Below, one piece after another: positions 36,665 through 46,587 of a stretch of DNA of 64,000 bases. The stretch covers positions 92,139,030 through 92,203,029 of the forward strand of contig NC_052154.1 in NCBI RefSeq assembly GCF_902713615.1, in the 5' to 3' direction. Every line of letters starts with the position of its first letter. Positions within the stretch are counted from its first letter, which is position 1. Both the position numbers and the translations under genes were made by a program. The notes beneath the pieces were generated by a model. It was given only the letters and a program-made list of their open reading frames with translations. It did no database searches and was not told the origin of the DNA. Origin of the DNA: Scyliorhinus canicula. Lineage: Eukaryota.

Positions 36665-38052
36665 CCTCCGCTGGTACACCCATCTCACACCAGCAGTTAG
36701 TAACACAGTTATTGCAGGCCCTTATGCTCCCAGACAAGATAGCGGTGATAAAATGCGCAGCGCATACAAAAGGCACGGGACTGGTGGAAACGGGCAACAG
36801 GAGAGCGGACGAGAAGGCAAAAGAAATTTCTAAATCTGGCAAACTAATGGTGCCTAGAATGATGAGGCAGACTAAAACCCCCTCGGGAAAGTCCCCCTCT
36901 GAAAAACCTATGCCAACCATTGCTGACATAATCCAAATGCAGGAGGACGCTCCTGCAACTGCTGTAAATATGTGGAAAAACTTAGGATGTATATATGATA
37001 TCGAAAATAAGCTGTGGGTCACCCCGGTAGGACAAACATGTATGACCGATGCATTAGCAGCCTGGGTGACCGAATGTGTACACTTTGCAACTCACTGTGG
37101 AGCTCGTGCCACAGGGGACATATTGTTAAAAAGCTGGTGGCACCCACGACTGCAAGAAATGGCCCAACAAATTAGCAGTCGGTGCCTAATCTGTCAACAG
37201 CACAACCCCGGTAAGGCCGTCCCCTGTGATCCTGGCACAACCCCCTTACCTGAGGGTCCATTTGAGACCCTACAAATGGATTACATTGAGTTGGAAAGAT
37301 GTCAATGCTATAAATATGTGTTAGTCATTGTGGACACTTTTAGCAAATGGATCGAGGCCTACCCGACTACGGATAACAAGGCCTCGACAGTAGTTAAGGT
37401 GTTAATGCGAGAAATTGTTCCGCGATTTGGAATTCCAGCCCGGCTGAGCTCTGACAATGGTCCCCACTTCATAGGTCAAATCAATAAGGAATTCTGTGCT
37501 CTGCTTGGAATAAAGCAACAGTTTCATTGTGCCTACAGACCACAAGCCGCTGGAGTGGTGGAAAGGGCTAATCAGACTCTAAAGACTAAACTCGCTAAAC
37601 TACAAGCAGACACTGGGGCCACTTGGCTCAAACTCCTGCCTTTAGCACTCTTCCAGCTACGTGCCACCCCCGCAGGAAAAACTCGCCTAAGCCCAGCGGA
37701 AATACTATATGGCAGACCCTTTCGAACGCCTTGGGACAGCAGTGTTCCACAGAATGTTCAATTCCATTACATGACTACCGAGATGGCTAATTATATATTA
37801 ACACTAACTAGAATTTTGAAAGGATTACACTCCCGAGTTCGTGCCACCCAGGAAGAAGTCCCATCCATTACTCATGACGTCTCCATCAACCCTGGGGATT
37901 ATGTCCTAATTCGAAATTGGACACGTAAAGGTTTGGAACCTCGATGGGAGGGTCCCCTACAGGTTCTACTCACTACCCCCACTGCAGTAAAAGTGGAGGG
38001 CCGGAACGCATGGGTACATATGCACCATTGTAAGTTAATTAAGTATCCATGA
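36643..38052 (+). CDS. pol: pol remnant: RNase H C-terminus plus intact integrase (469 codons open)
   Basis: WKNRGFLTSAGTPI...KCAAHTKG, HHCC (HFATH / CLIC), D (QMDYIE) and D-35-E (SDNG...VERAN), with C-terminal WEGPLQVLLTTPTAVKV. Confidence 0.93.
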   Translation, partial: WKNRGFLTSAGTPISHQQLVTQLLQALMLPDKIAVIKCAAHTKGTGLVETGNRRADEKAKEISKSGKLMVPRMMRQTKTPSGKSPSEKPMPTIADIIQMQEDAPATAVNMWKNLGCIYDIENKLWVTPVGQTCMTDALAAWVTECVHFATHCGARATGDILLKSWWHPRLQEMAQQISSRCLICQQHNPGKAVPCDPGTTPLPEGPFETLQMDYIELERCQCYKYVLVIVDTFSKWIEAYPTTDNKASTVVKVLMREIVPRFGIPARLSSDNGPHFIGQINKEFCALLGIKQQFHCAYRPQAAGVVERANQTLKTKLAKLQADTGATWLKLLPLALFQLRATPAGKTRLSPAEILYGRPFRTPWDSSVPQNVQFHYMTTEMANYILTLTRILKGLHSRVRATQEEVPSITHDVSINPGDYVLIRNWTRKGLEPRWEGPLQVLLTTPTAVKVEGRNAWVHMHHCKLIKYP

Positions 38053-38096
38053 TGTTCTAAACTTTTCCTTTAAGTCCTAGGAACACGAGTACCAGG

Positions 38097-38465
38097 ATGA
38101 AGTCCCTCTTCACCGTCACAATACTCGCCACCCTGCTCTCTCTCGCTGCATCCGAAAGAAGGAGATGCCCGTATGGAAGCCGACGTCCACCCCTGTGCCG
38201 AGAAGGAACCCCACGATGTGGAACAACGACAGGTCTCCGATGGATCACCACCCCTATCAACACCTGCCCGACCACCGTTCATCCCGACGACCAGAAGCCC
38301 CGATTCCTGACTACGTACATGGTTCTGATCTACGATCGCCGCACAAGCCGGTGGAACCACCGGTGCATTGATAAGGACAGGGTACAAATTTTGCCATCAA
38401 GGACTACTCACCCCTACTCGCCTTCCAGAAGGAAGCGGGCAACGCACCATGTAACGGCGAATTAA
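38097..38465 (+). CDS. env: env N-terminal ORF, 122 aa (signal peptide, Cys-rich region, RRKR)
   Basis: Acceptor ...cctttaagtcctag| at 38080. Signal-like MKSLFTVTILATLLSLAAS, RRKR at 38427-38438, and TAA eight codons later. CWVC follows in frame at 38514-38525. Confidence 0.8.
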   Translation: MKSLFTVTILATLLSLAASERRRCPYGSRRPPLCREGTPRCGTTTGLRWITTPINTCPTTVHPDDQKPRFLTTYMVLIYDRRTSRWNHRCIDKDRVQILPSRTTHPYSPSRRKRATHHVTAN

Positions 38466-38974
38466 TTTCTGTTTATGTCCTATGTCTATGCTAAGAAAGT
38501 GGGTGTCTCCTCTTGCTGGGTATGTACACAGGTCCCGACCCATGCCCATGGAGGCGTTCCCTTGATATCTGTTCCTTTCTTGATCGAACAGACGGCTGCA
38601 TGGGTTATATTCCAGACAGTTCAGAGAATATCACGCATCTGGTAACCCATATCAGAGATGGAGTACAGCGCTTGCGACTCGCCGGTCAGGCTGACTGGTG
38701 GAGCTGGATGTGGTCCAATTCTTGGGCCACTTACCTATTCCATGGGCTCATTATCTTCGTTACCATCTGTTTGTTGCTCTGTATCATAGCTACTGGTGTG
38801 AAATGCCTATGCAACCGTTTGGGTGCCACTGCATTACCACAGATGCTTCAGAGATCCGCCCTAGACGAAAAAGAAAAACTGGTTCCACCTACCCCTGACC
38901 TATATGAGGAAGTGGCATCCTGCCGGAGCCTAGTAGAGGAGGAGTACCTCCGCCTCGCTCTCATTTCCATCTAA
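38466..38974 (+). pseudogene. env: env remnant: SU start fused out of frame to the TM membrane-proximal region, anchor and tail
   Basis: SCWVCTQVP...VPF, then after about 38604 YIPDSSENIT...WWSWMW...LIIFVTICLLLCII...YEEV. The fusion peptide, ISD and CX6CC are missing. Confidence 0.85.
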
Positions 38975-39008
38975 AGTATCCTGAGTGTTATGTGATCAAG
39001 GAATGATC

Positions 39009-39019
39009 AAAGGGGGGAA
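39009..39019 (+). promoter_or_regulatory. Polypurine tract
   Basis: AAAGGGGGGAA immediately before the 3' LTR. Confidence 0.9.
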
Positions 39020-39716
39020 TGTAGAAGTGGATTTCATTTGGAAATTCGCTGATAGGGTTAATATAACAGTTCTGAAAAGCTCTGTGAAAGAGATGTCACC
39101 AGGTCAAGGGATGAAATAAAGGGAGTGTGTCTGACCGGCATCTGTAAAAGCAAAGATGTCAGAAGGTTATGGGATGGAATATAGGGAGTGTAGCTTGGCT
39201 CCACTTAATGGCCTGACCCGCATCTGTGAAAGCAGAGAGGTCAAAAAGGCAAAGAATGGAATGAATGGGAACCGTTACTTTATTGCAGAGATAACGTAAT
39301 TAAGCTCGTTTGACCAGTTGGAACAAATAAACATTGAAATGTAAAAGGAAGGGCCTTGGAATGAGATAAGCCAGATGGCCATGGGATACAAAAACATTTG
39401 TATTAATATTGATAGTGACTTGTGCTAATGATTATGTCAAAAATAACCTCCCGACCTCAAAGAATAATTCCATATATGTACATGTTCTGGATCCTTGCCA
39501 AATCATAGGTGTATCTAGGAATTTAAGGGGACCACCCCTAAGCTGTAAGATGTATAAGAATACCGTCCTTATTCTGGGATTTTGGCACTTCTCGAAGGTG
39601 GTTACCCGACTGCTTAGAGATTTGTCCCGGCCGTAAATAAACGAATATTCGTTACTGACGTGTTCGAGTGTTTTACTTCTGGACTGACGATCAGATACGT
39701 GAAAGCGCAATTCACA
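39020..39716 (+). repeat. ERV 3' LTR (697 bp)
   Basis: Matches the 5' LTR without the SINE and is followed by TSD TGGC. Confidence 0.96.
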
Positions 39717-39789
39717 TGGCCAAATATGATTTCGCAATTCATGTACACAATACACCTCCGGATGAAAGCAAGCATGCCATATCTAGCCG

Positions 39790-41115
39790 AGGCAGGCACA
39801 GAAGGCTGCACAAAGTGTGCGCCAGGGCCAACATGCATGGGCCGTGCTAATCGCCTCCAGGTTCACTGTCTGGGAGGGTGAGTAGAGTGGATGGATTGGC
39901 CACGGGCATTGGCACCCCATCCCAACCCCACACCCCCTCAAACCCCCACCGGTCACCTCCCACCTGCAACCCACTCCATGATACATACCTGCGGCACTAC
40001 AGGGAGGGGGCCCTGGGTTGGCAGTAACACGGGTCAGGTCCATGGATTGGAGGATGATCACAACCCACTCTGCAATGAGCTCTGGCGCTCATCTGACTCC
40101 TGCCCACGTGACCACCTCCTCCCTCGGGGTGCCTGTTGGCGCAGCGGCTACTCCATGGAATGTGGGTGCGAGCGGAGCTACCCCTGAGGCTACCACACCT
40201 GGTGCTGCCAGTCCTGGAGGCCCGCTCTGGTCTTGACCAGCTTCTGTATGCTCGAGGCAAAGGAGCACAGGGAATGGACCATCTTCATCTGGGACTATGC
40301 CACATCATGCTATGACTATACCACCACCTTCTGGGTCTGTGACAGCCCAGCCATTGACTGTGTCATCTCCCTCTGGGACTGGGCACCTCCCTCTATGTCT
40401 GTGCAATGTTGACCAGCACCTGGGCAATACCAATGATGTTCCCAGCCACGGCCTGCTGTGACTATGTCACACTCAGGAGCGCCACTGCAATTTAACAGGT
40501 GGCTCTGGGACATGGTCACCTGTGAGGTGGCAAACCCTCTCCTGGGCCTCAGTCAGCCCCTGCACAGATTGCCACAGGCCTTCGATATGCTGATGCACAG
40601 TCAAAATCGTCGGCTCCAATGCCTCCACCGTGAACACCACCCACGTGGTATTGGCCCAGGTGGCATGCATTTTTGGCACCACCTCCTGCTGCTGAACACG
40701 GTTGGACTCCACCAGCTGTGCCTGAAGGTACTGGATGCTCGGTGAGAACACCTCGTGTAGGCCCTGGCTCTAGGACTGCATCTGCACAATTGATGGGACT
40801 GTCTGTTTCAAAAGTCTGAGACCCATCCGGGTCCTCAGGTCGGCCTGCCCTCCGACTGACCGCCCCCTTGGGAGTTCCTTCCTGCATCTGCTGTACTGGG
40901 TTGACAACTGTGTGGTGCGCACCAGAGAGTGCCCCAGGAGCCTCTTCACTAATGTGGACAACCGAGGTGAGAGCGTCTGGGATGGTAGAGGGTGCTGGAG
41001 ACAGCTCTGATGGAAGGTCAGTATCATCCTCCAACCCGAGCTCTGGGTTGTTCTGAGTCTCAGGTGGAGGTTTGGTGCCTGAACTCCTCCCATCACTGCT
41101 CGGGGCACAGGGGAA
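39790..41115. mobile_element. Harbinger relic (transposase C-terminal end on +, Myb-partner C-terminal exons on -)
   Basis: RQGQHAWAVLIASRFT-like end on +. Coiled-coil ORF ...HIEGLWQSVQGLTEAQ on -, resembling 22235-22900. Confidence 0.55.
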
Positions 41116-41117
41116 TA

Positions 41118-41270
41118 CCAGATGGACCCGCCAATCCACCTAACCTGCACATCTTTGGACTACGGGAGGAAACCCAGCAGACACGGGGAGAACGTGCAGA
41201 CTCCACACTGGGGATCGAACATGGGCCCCTGGAGCTGTGAAGCAACTGTGCTAACCGTGCCGTGGTATTG
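41118..41270 (-). mobile_element. SINE fragment
   Basis: gccaatccacctaacctgcacatctttggac...gggcccctggagctgtgaagc. Confidence 0.8.
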
Positions 41271-41968
41271 ACATCATTAAATGCAGGGATAGCAGCTAAA
41301 CCATAATTTGTATAATTTTACTTAGAAGCCTTGTGGTTTGGTAATTGTATATTAATTGCAAGAATGAGCAACAGTCAGAGGCTCTCTGGTGTGACTGACC
41401 AAATGTGAATAACAGGAAATATTTTATGTGGCAACGTATTGTGCAACATATCCTGCTTAGCCCAGTGGACACATTATAGAGTTGACCTCAGGTCAATCAG
41501 TGCAGCTACTTTCCACTCTGTGCTTCACACTTCTGCTCGATTATAGATGTGTTATTTAACAAGGAAGTAGTTTGTTTAAAATTCTGAATCAATAAACGAC
41601 AGAATATGTGACATTCTTTACAGCCAATAGCAGAATAAACGAGCCCTTCTCTCGCGCAGAGTATATTAATTTCAAGCTATGGTCAACTCAAGGCACCGGC
41701 GCCGGTTTGGTAAATACTGACGGACTGGAAGCATTACTTCTATACTACTTAATTCGTTTTCTGTGCCACTCATCTAGTCAGATGACAATTTATGGGAAAC
41801 TCACACCTTCATTTTATATATTGATTTTTCTCCACAGATGCTGCCAGTTAATTTAAGCATTCCAAGTGTTTTCTTGCATTTAAGTCTACCTTCACTCACA
41901 TAAAGCATAAGGCAAGTTTATTTTCAGTTTGGACTTGTGACGCGTGAAAATCATTAATTTAGGCTTCA

Positions 41969-42314
41969 CAGACACAGAACAGTACAGCACAGAACAGGCC
42001 CTTCGGCCCTCGATGTTGTGCCGAGCAATGATCACCCTACACAAACCCACGTATCCACCCTATACCCGTAATCCAACAACCCCCCCCCCCCCCTTAACCT
42101 TACTTTTTAGGACACTACGGGCAATTTAGCATGGCCAATCCACCTAACCCGCACATCTTTGGACTGTGGGAGGAAACCGGAGCACCCGGAGGAAACCCAC
42201 GCACACACGGGGAGGACGTGCAGACTCCGCACAGACTGTGACCCAGCCGGGAATCGAACCTGGGACCCTGGAGCTGTGAAGCATTTATGCTAACCACCAT
42301 GCTACCGTGCTGCC
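41969..42314 (-). mobile_element. Full-length SINE with CR1-type tail
   Basis: Near-identical to 14960-15283. Confidence 0.9.
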
Positions 42315-42637
42315 CCACGTCGTGTCGTCCTCTCTCCAAATGAATGAGAAACAAAAAGAATGTTAATGAAAAATCTTACAGCGAAATTTAAAATTAAAAG
42401 TGATATGTTTACTGAAATGAAATTGCGATTAATTGCATCCAAATGTGCCACTCAAGCGGCTTCCCTGCTTCCCGAATGTGTTTCTCAGTCCGACTGGTAA
42501 GACATTTATGACTGGTGGAATCTTATTTAGGTCACGAATGAGTTGATTCTTTAGAATTAATATCATCTCTCATATATATTGTTACCGAAGTCTAAATAAG
42601 GCATAACACTGAAATATTTAATCAGCCATGTGATTTC

Positions 42638-42645
42638 TGACGTCA
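42638..42645 (+). promoter_or_regulatory. Perfect CRE (TGACGTCA) 112 bp upstream of the gene 2 ATG
   Basis: Direct reading. Copy at 57957-57964. Confidence 0.4.
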
Positions 42646-42749
42646 CTGCTAATTTTGAGATTATTTTCGAGACACAGGATCGCTTCGTCAAACCGTCATC
42701 CAACCATTCTCAGGCGAGCCCTCTGATCTACATATTTCCGTCGATCGAT

Positions 42750-42804
42750 ATGTTAAAGACTCGGTCACTTTGGGGCATATGTTTCCTGGGAATTTCATAT
42801 CTAG
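42750..42804 (+). CDS. IgSF gene 2 exon 1: signal peptide MLKTRSLWGICFLGISYL
   Basis: 55 nt with a phase-1 donor CTAG|GTAGAC. Splices to give ...GISYLVFVCSVSTV. Confidence 0.75.
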
Positions 42805-42949
42805 GTAGACTTTTATATTTGTTATTGATTATTAAACTACTCTGAACAAGAACTGCTGCACGGAGGCGATCTCCCAGTGAACATGCTATCGAGTATCATG
42901 TATATCGAGACTCCAGATTCAAAATAAGGGGCAAATGGACCAGAAGTTC

Positions 42950-43190
42950 TGTGAGAAAAATATTTTCACTTGGAGGGTGGTTGTAGTCGGAAATAAAGTT
43001 CTGCAAGGGGTGGTGAAGCAAGGTTCGATCGAGGTACTCAAATGGGAATTAGATTGCTACGTGAAAATAATGTGCACATTTATAGGGTTAAAGCACGGGA
43101 GTCCGGATTAGATGCAATGCTCTTTCAGAGAGCCAGTGCAAGGTCGATTGGCCGAATAGCCTCCTTCTAAACTGTAAACATGCTATGATT
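42950..43190 (+). mobile_element. Old CR1 3' fragment
   Basis: tattttcacttggagggtggttg...ggccgaatagcctccttct. Confidence 0.6.
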
Positions 43191-43435
43191 TTGTGAGCAC
43201 AACTCTTTGCTGTTTTAATTTGATTAAATATTTCAGTGTTATGCCTTATTTAGACTTCGGTAACAATATATATAAGAAAGATGATATTAATTAGAATGTG
43301 TTAATGGATACACATGCATGAGCTGGAGATCATTCGGATAGTTAGGTGCATTGAACTACTAATGTCGCAGGATGGAATTTTTGGTTATGTTGATAATTTT
43401 TCTGCATATGACTTAACCTAGCTTTTGCTGATTAG

Positions 43436-43735
43436 TTTTTGTGTGCAGTGTGAGCACGGTGACACGAAAGACGGCGCTTAGAGGTACGAATGTTACCTTC
43501 CGATGTACTTTCCCCTTTACCTTCAATCTTTCGAACATAATGGCTTACTGGTGGAAAGATGGCAATAAGAGCTTTCTGCAACAAGACGACAGGAAAGTCT
43601 TCATTCTAAAGAGAGCCGGCGCCTACCTTCATCTTCTGAATGTAACTGTCCCGGATGCCGGGACTTATTACTGTGCAGTGAAGTCCAAGAGTCGAATGGC
43701 TGGAAAGGGAGCTGTTGTGCGACTCATTATATATG
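43436..43735 (+). CDS. IgSF gene 2 exon 2: single-exon VJ-type V domain
   Basis: Branch-like cttaac, acceptor gctgattag| and donor TATG|GTAAGT (phase 1). Motifs VTFRC, AYWWK and LHLLNVTVPDAGTYYC, with J-like GKGAVVRLII. Confidence 0.92.
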
Positions 43736-43835
43736 GTAAGTGTTGCTGCCATTAAGAGATTAAAGTGTATAGTTACTGCAAATATTCCAATGGTGTTCGC
43801 TGAAGGCGTTTAATTAAAGCCTGCGCACGTTCATA

Positions 43836-44095
43836 CAGCGGTTAGCACTGCTGTCTCACAGTCCCAGAGGCCGAGGTTCAATTCCGGCCTTGGGTGACTG
43901 TCTCTGTGACATTGCGCGTTCTCCCAATGTCTCTTGGATTTCCTCCCGGTGCTCTGATTTCCTCCCAAAGTCCAAAGATGTGCAGGTTAGGGGGATTGAC
44001 CATGATCAATACCCGGGTTCACAGGGATCGGGCAGCGTGCTCTCTCGGTGCAGAATCGTCGGGCAGAATAGCCTCCTTCTGCACAGTAGGCAGTC
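43836..44095 (+). mobile_element. SINE in the V-C1 intron
   Basis: ggttagcactgctgtctcacag...tccaaagatgtgcaggttagg. Confidence 0.8.
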
Positions 44096-44849
44096 TGTGA
44101 ATAACGTTTATGAATTAGGGAAATTGCTAGCACCAGAATATCTGAAAACAACTGATAACTGACCCAGATCACTCCTTATTGCGTGTCTTGTTTATAATGG
44201 GAAATTAATTCAAGGCTGAAAACTTTGAGACATTTTCAGCTTGAGCGCACCACGTCAGGTTGGATAATTCCACCCAATATTTTACATTGAACAACCACAT
44301 TCCGGTTCCTGATTATATGCTTATTTGAAATTCTGTACAAGTTTAATGGTTCTCTTATTTTGAAAAAGGTGGGTCGCAGAGTTCCAAATCCTCCAGTTCA
44401 GCCTGGCTGCTTCCAGCATTTGGGATGGGGCAAAATCCTTAACACAACTGCAGTAGCAGGGGAGGCTCACGCGATAACAGTTGTGCAGCTGCCCAGAGCG
44501 TGGTCCGAATCCTATCCTTTTAATTTAGAAAGAAAAAAAGGCTCTGAGTGCTGAAACAGAACGTGGTCTGATTTCTTCAGCCAACTCATGTGCAGGATGT
44601 CAATTCAACTACATTAATCTGATTAGTAGGATGATCGTTGTGGTAAACGAATTTTGTTCATTACACAATACATATATTAATACTGTAGGTGAGTAGACTC
44701 AGCTTAATATATATCGATACAGTGAAGAACAAATTAGATTTGGGGCCATTTAAAAACAAGGGGTTAGGATCCATCTACTTGAACGCAGTCACCTGGGAAC
44801 GTAAAGAAGAAAAAAATAGTTAAATAATTGATATTTCTCTTTTTATTTA

Positions 44850-45165
44850 TGGCGCATTGGTTAGCACTGCTGCCTCACAGCGCCAGAGACCTGGGTTCAA
44901 TTCAAGCCTTGGGTGACTGTGTGGAGTTTGTATTTGCTCCCCGTGTCTGCGTGTGTTTCTTCCAGGTGCTCCAGTTTCCTCCCACATCCAAAGATCCGCA
45001 GGTTAGGTGGTTTGGCCATATTGAATTGCTCTTAGTGTCCAGGGATGTGCGGGTTAGGTGGTGTTGCAGGGATAGTGCGGGAGCGTGGTTAGGGTGCTCT
45101 TTGAGAGGGTCAGTGCAGGCACGATGGGCCAAATAGCCTCCTTCTGTATTGCTGTAGTTCTATGA
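44850..45165 (+). mobile_element. SINE in the V-C1 intron
   Basis: ggttagcactgctgcctcacagcgccagagacctgggttcaattc...gggccaaatagcctccttctg. Confidence 0.8.
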
Positions 45166-45194
45166 TTCTTACGCTTTGTGTGTTTTTAATTTAG

Positions 45195-45500
45195 CTTCCC
45201 CCGTGCCCCTCAAGATTGCCTCGATACCATGCGATGGGACTGTATCTGTCTTTTTGTGGCTGCAGTGTCGAACGGCTGAATTTCATCCCAAAGACTTTAA
45301 CCTCACCTGGCATAAAAATGGCACCAAAATTACAGAAGGTGTTACAACCAAACAACAGGAAAAGGCAGAGGGATTGTATGAAGTTATCAGTTCCTTAGAA
45401 GAGGCCCGGCCAATTGAACACGGTACCGTTTACACATGTCAAGTCTATCACGTTTCGATTTTGGATCCAGCAAACGCCAGCTATACAATCGGCAACGTAG
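45195..45500 (+). CDS. IgSF gene 2 exon 3: C1-set domain
   Basis: Acceptor tttaatttag| and donor TAG|GTAATA (phase 1), 306 nt as in gene 1. Motifs LQCRTAEFHP, WHKNG, EGLYEVIS and YTCQVYH..LDP. Confidence 0.92.
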
Positions 45501-45752
45501 GTAATATTAGTACATAAAGTAGTACATATTTATGTATGTTTTAATTCCGCCACGGCTGAGTTGTGACTGCAGGTATTGAACAAAGATAAGAAAAATATAA
45601 GGCGGTTATTGAATTTAATTTCCAGTTTATTGTGGTATTTTCGAATCCACAAGTAGCTCCAAAACTAATTTAGTGACAACAAAATTGGAGCTATGTGATG
45701 GGGTGCATTCACAATCCAGGTTAAATTAAGAGAACATTGCTAATGATAGCTT

Positions 45753-45949
45753 CGTAAGAAGTCTTACAACACCAGGTTAAAGTCCAACAGGTTTGTTTCA
45801 AACACGAGCGTTCGGAGCATTGCTCCTTCCTCACCTGAGGAAGCAGTGCTCCGAAAGCTCGTGTTTGAAACAAACCTGTTGGACTTTAACCTGGTGTTGT
45901 AAGACTTCTTACTGTGCTCACCCCAGTCCAATGCCGGCATCTCCACATC
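45753..45949 (+). mobile_element. Palindromic Penelope-type mini-element with an 11-bp TSD and two mutated hammerhead cores
   Basis: Perfect 56-bp inverted arms at 45754-45809 and 45857-45912. TSD aatgatagctt at 45742-45752 and 45950-45960. Confidence 0.85.
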
Positions 45950-46587
45950 AATGATAGCTTAAAGAGAGGAATAATAACCATGTGCACAGATTGATGAAAA
46001 CGATAGATACGAATGCAGCAGATTATAGAAGAAGATATGAAAACGTGGACACTGAAGCAGATTTGGCAGACATCTCTCGGATGAAGTTCTTCGTGGAATA
46101 ATAACAGGCGATCATTTTTAGGAGCAGGAATGACAGCTCATTCGCCAGGGTCAGAAACAATAATTGAAAATAGAATATGTTTAGTGTGCTGTTTCTCAAA
46201 TATTTAACAGTTTAAGGAAAGTAAGTTTGGAGAAATAATCAATATTTTAATGAGGAGTTAGGATTCAAAATCAGTATGGTGATGATGAATGTATACACAC
46301 CGTCGGATAGGCTGCATTCATAAATTACCTTTATATCTCAGCAAAGTATGTGGTAAAGAATGTCAGGAACATATTGCTAAAACAATATTTTTACTGCGAT
46401 AGGATCAAAGCTGAGACTTTTCACATGTAACGGGGAACAAGTCGAGGAATGAAAGTGCTTGATGTGAGACAAGTAATATGAAACCTCACAGGGGTGTTGG
46501 AAGTGTTCAAGCAGAATGGCCAGTTAAAGAGAATAATATTTCCTTTCGGGAATTGCTTACCAGGATATGTAGAAATGTTATTATCTC

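Larger units (their letters stand above)
32798..39716 (+). mobile_element. Class I (gamma/epsilon-like) endogenous retrovirus, internally deleted, with a 4-bp TSD TGGC
   Basis: Paired TG...CA LTRs, TSD TGGC at 32794-32797 and 39717-39720, PBS, PPT, and pol and env remnants. Confidence 0.96.
42555..43292. repeat. About 70-bp inverted repeats (42555-42624 / 43221-43292) bracketing the gene 2 promoter and leader exon
   Basis: The arms differ by one mismatch and a 2-bp indel. The same arrangement is at 57874-57943 / 58540-58611. Confidence 0.9.
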
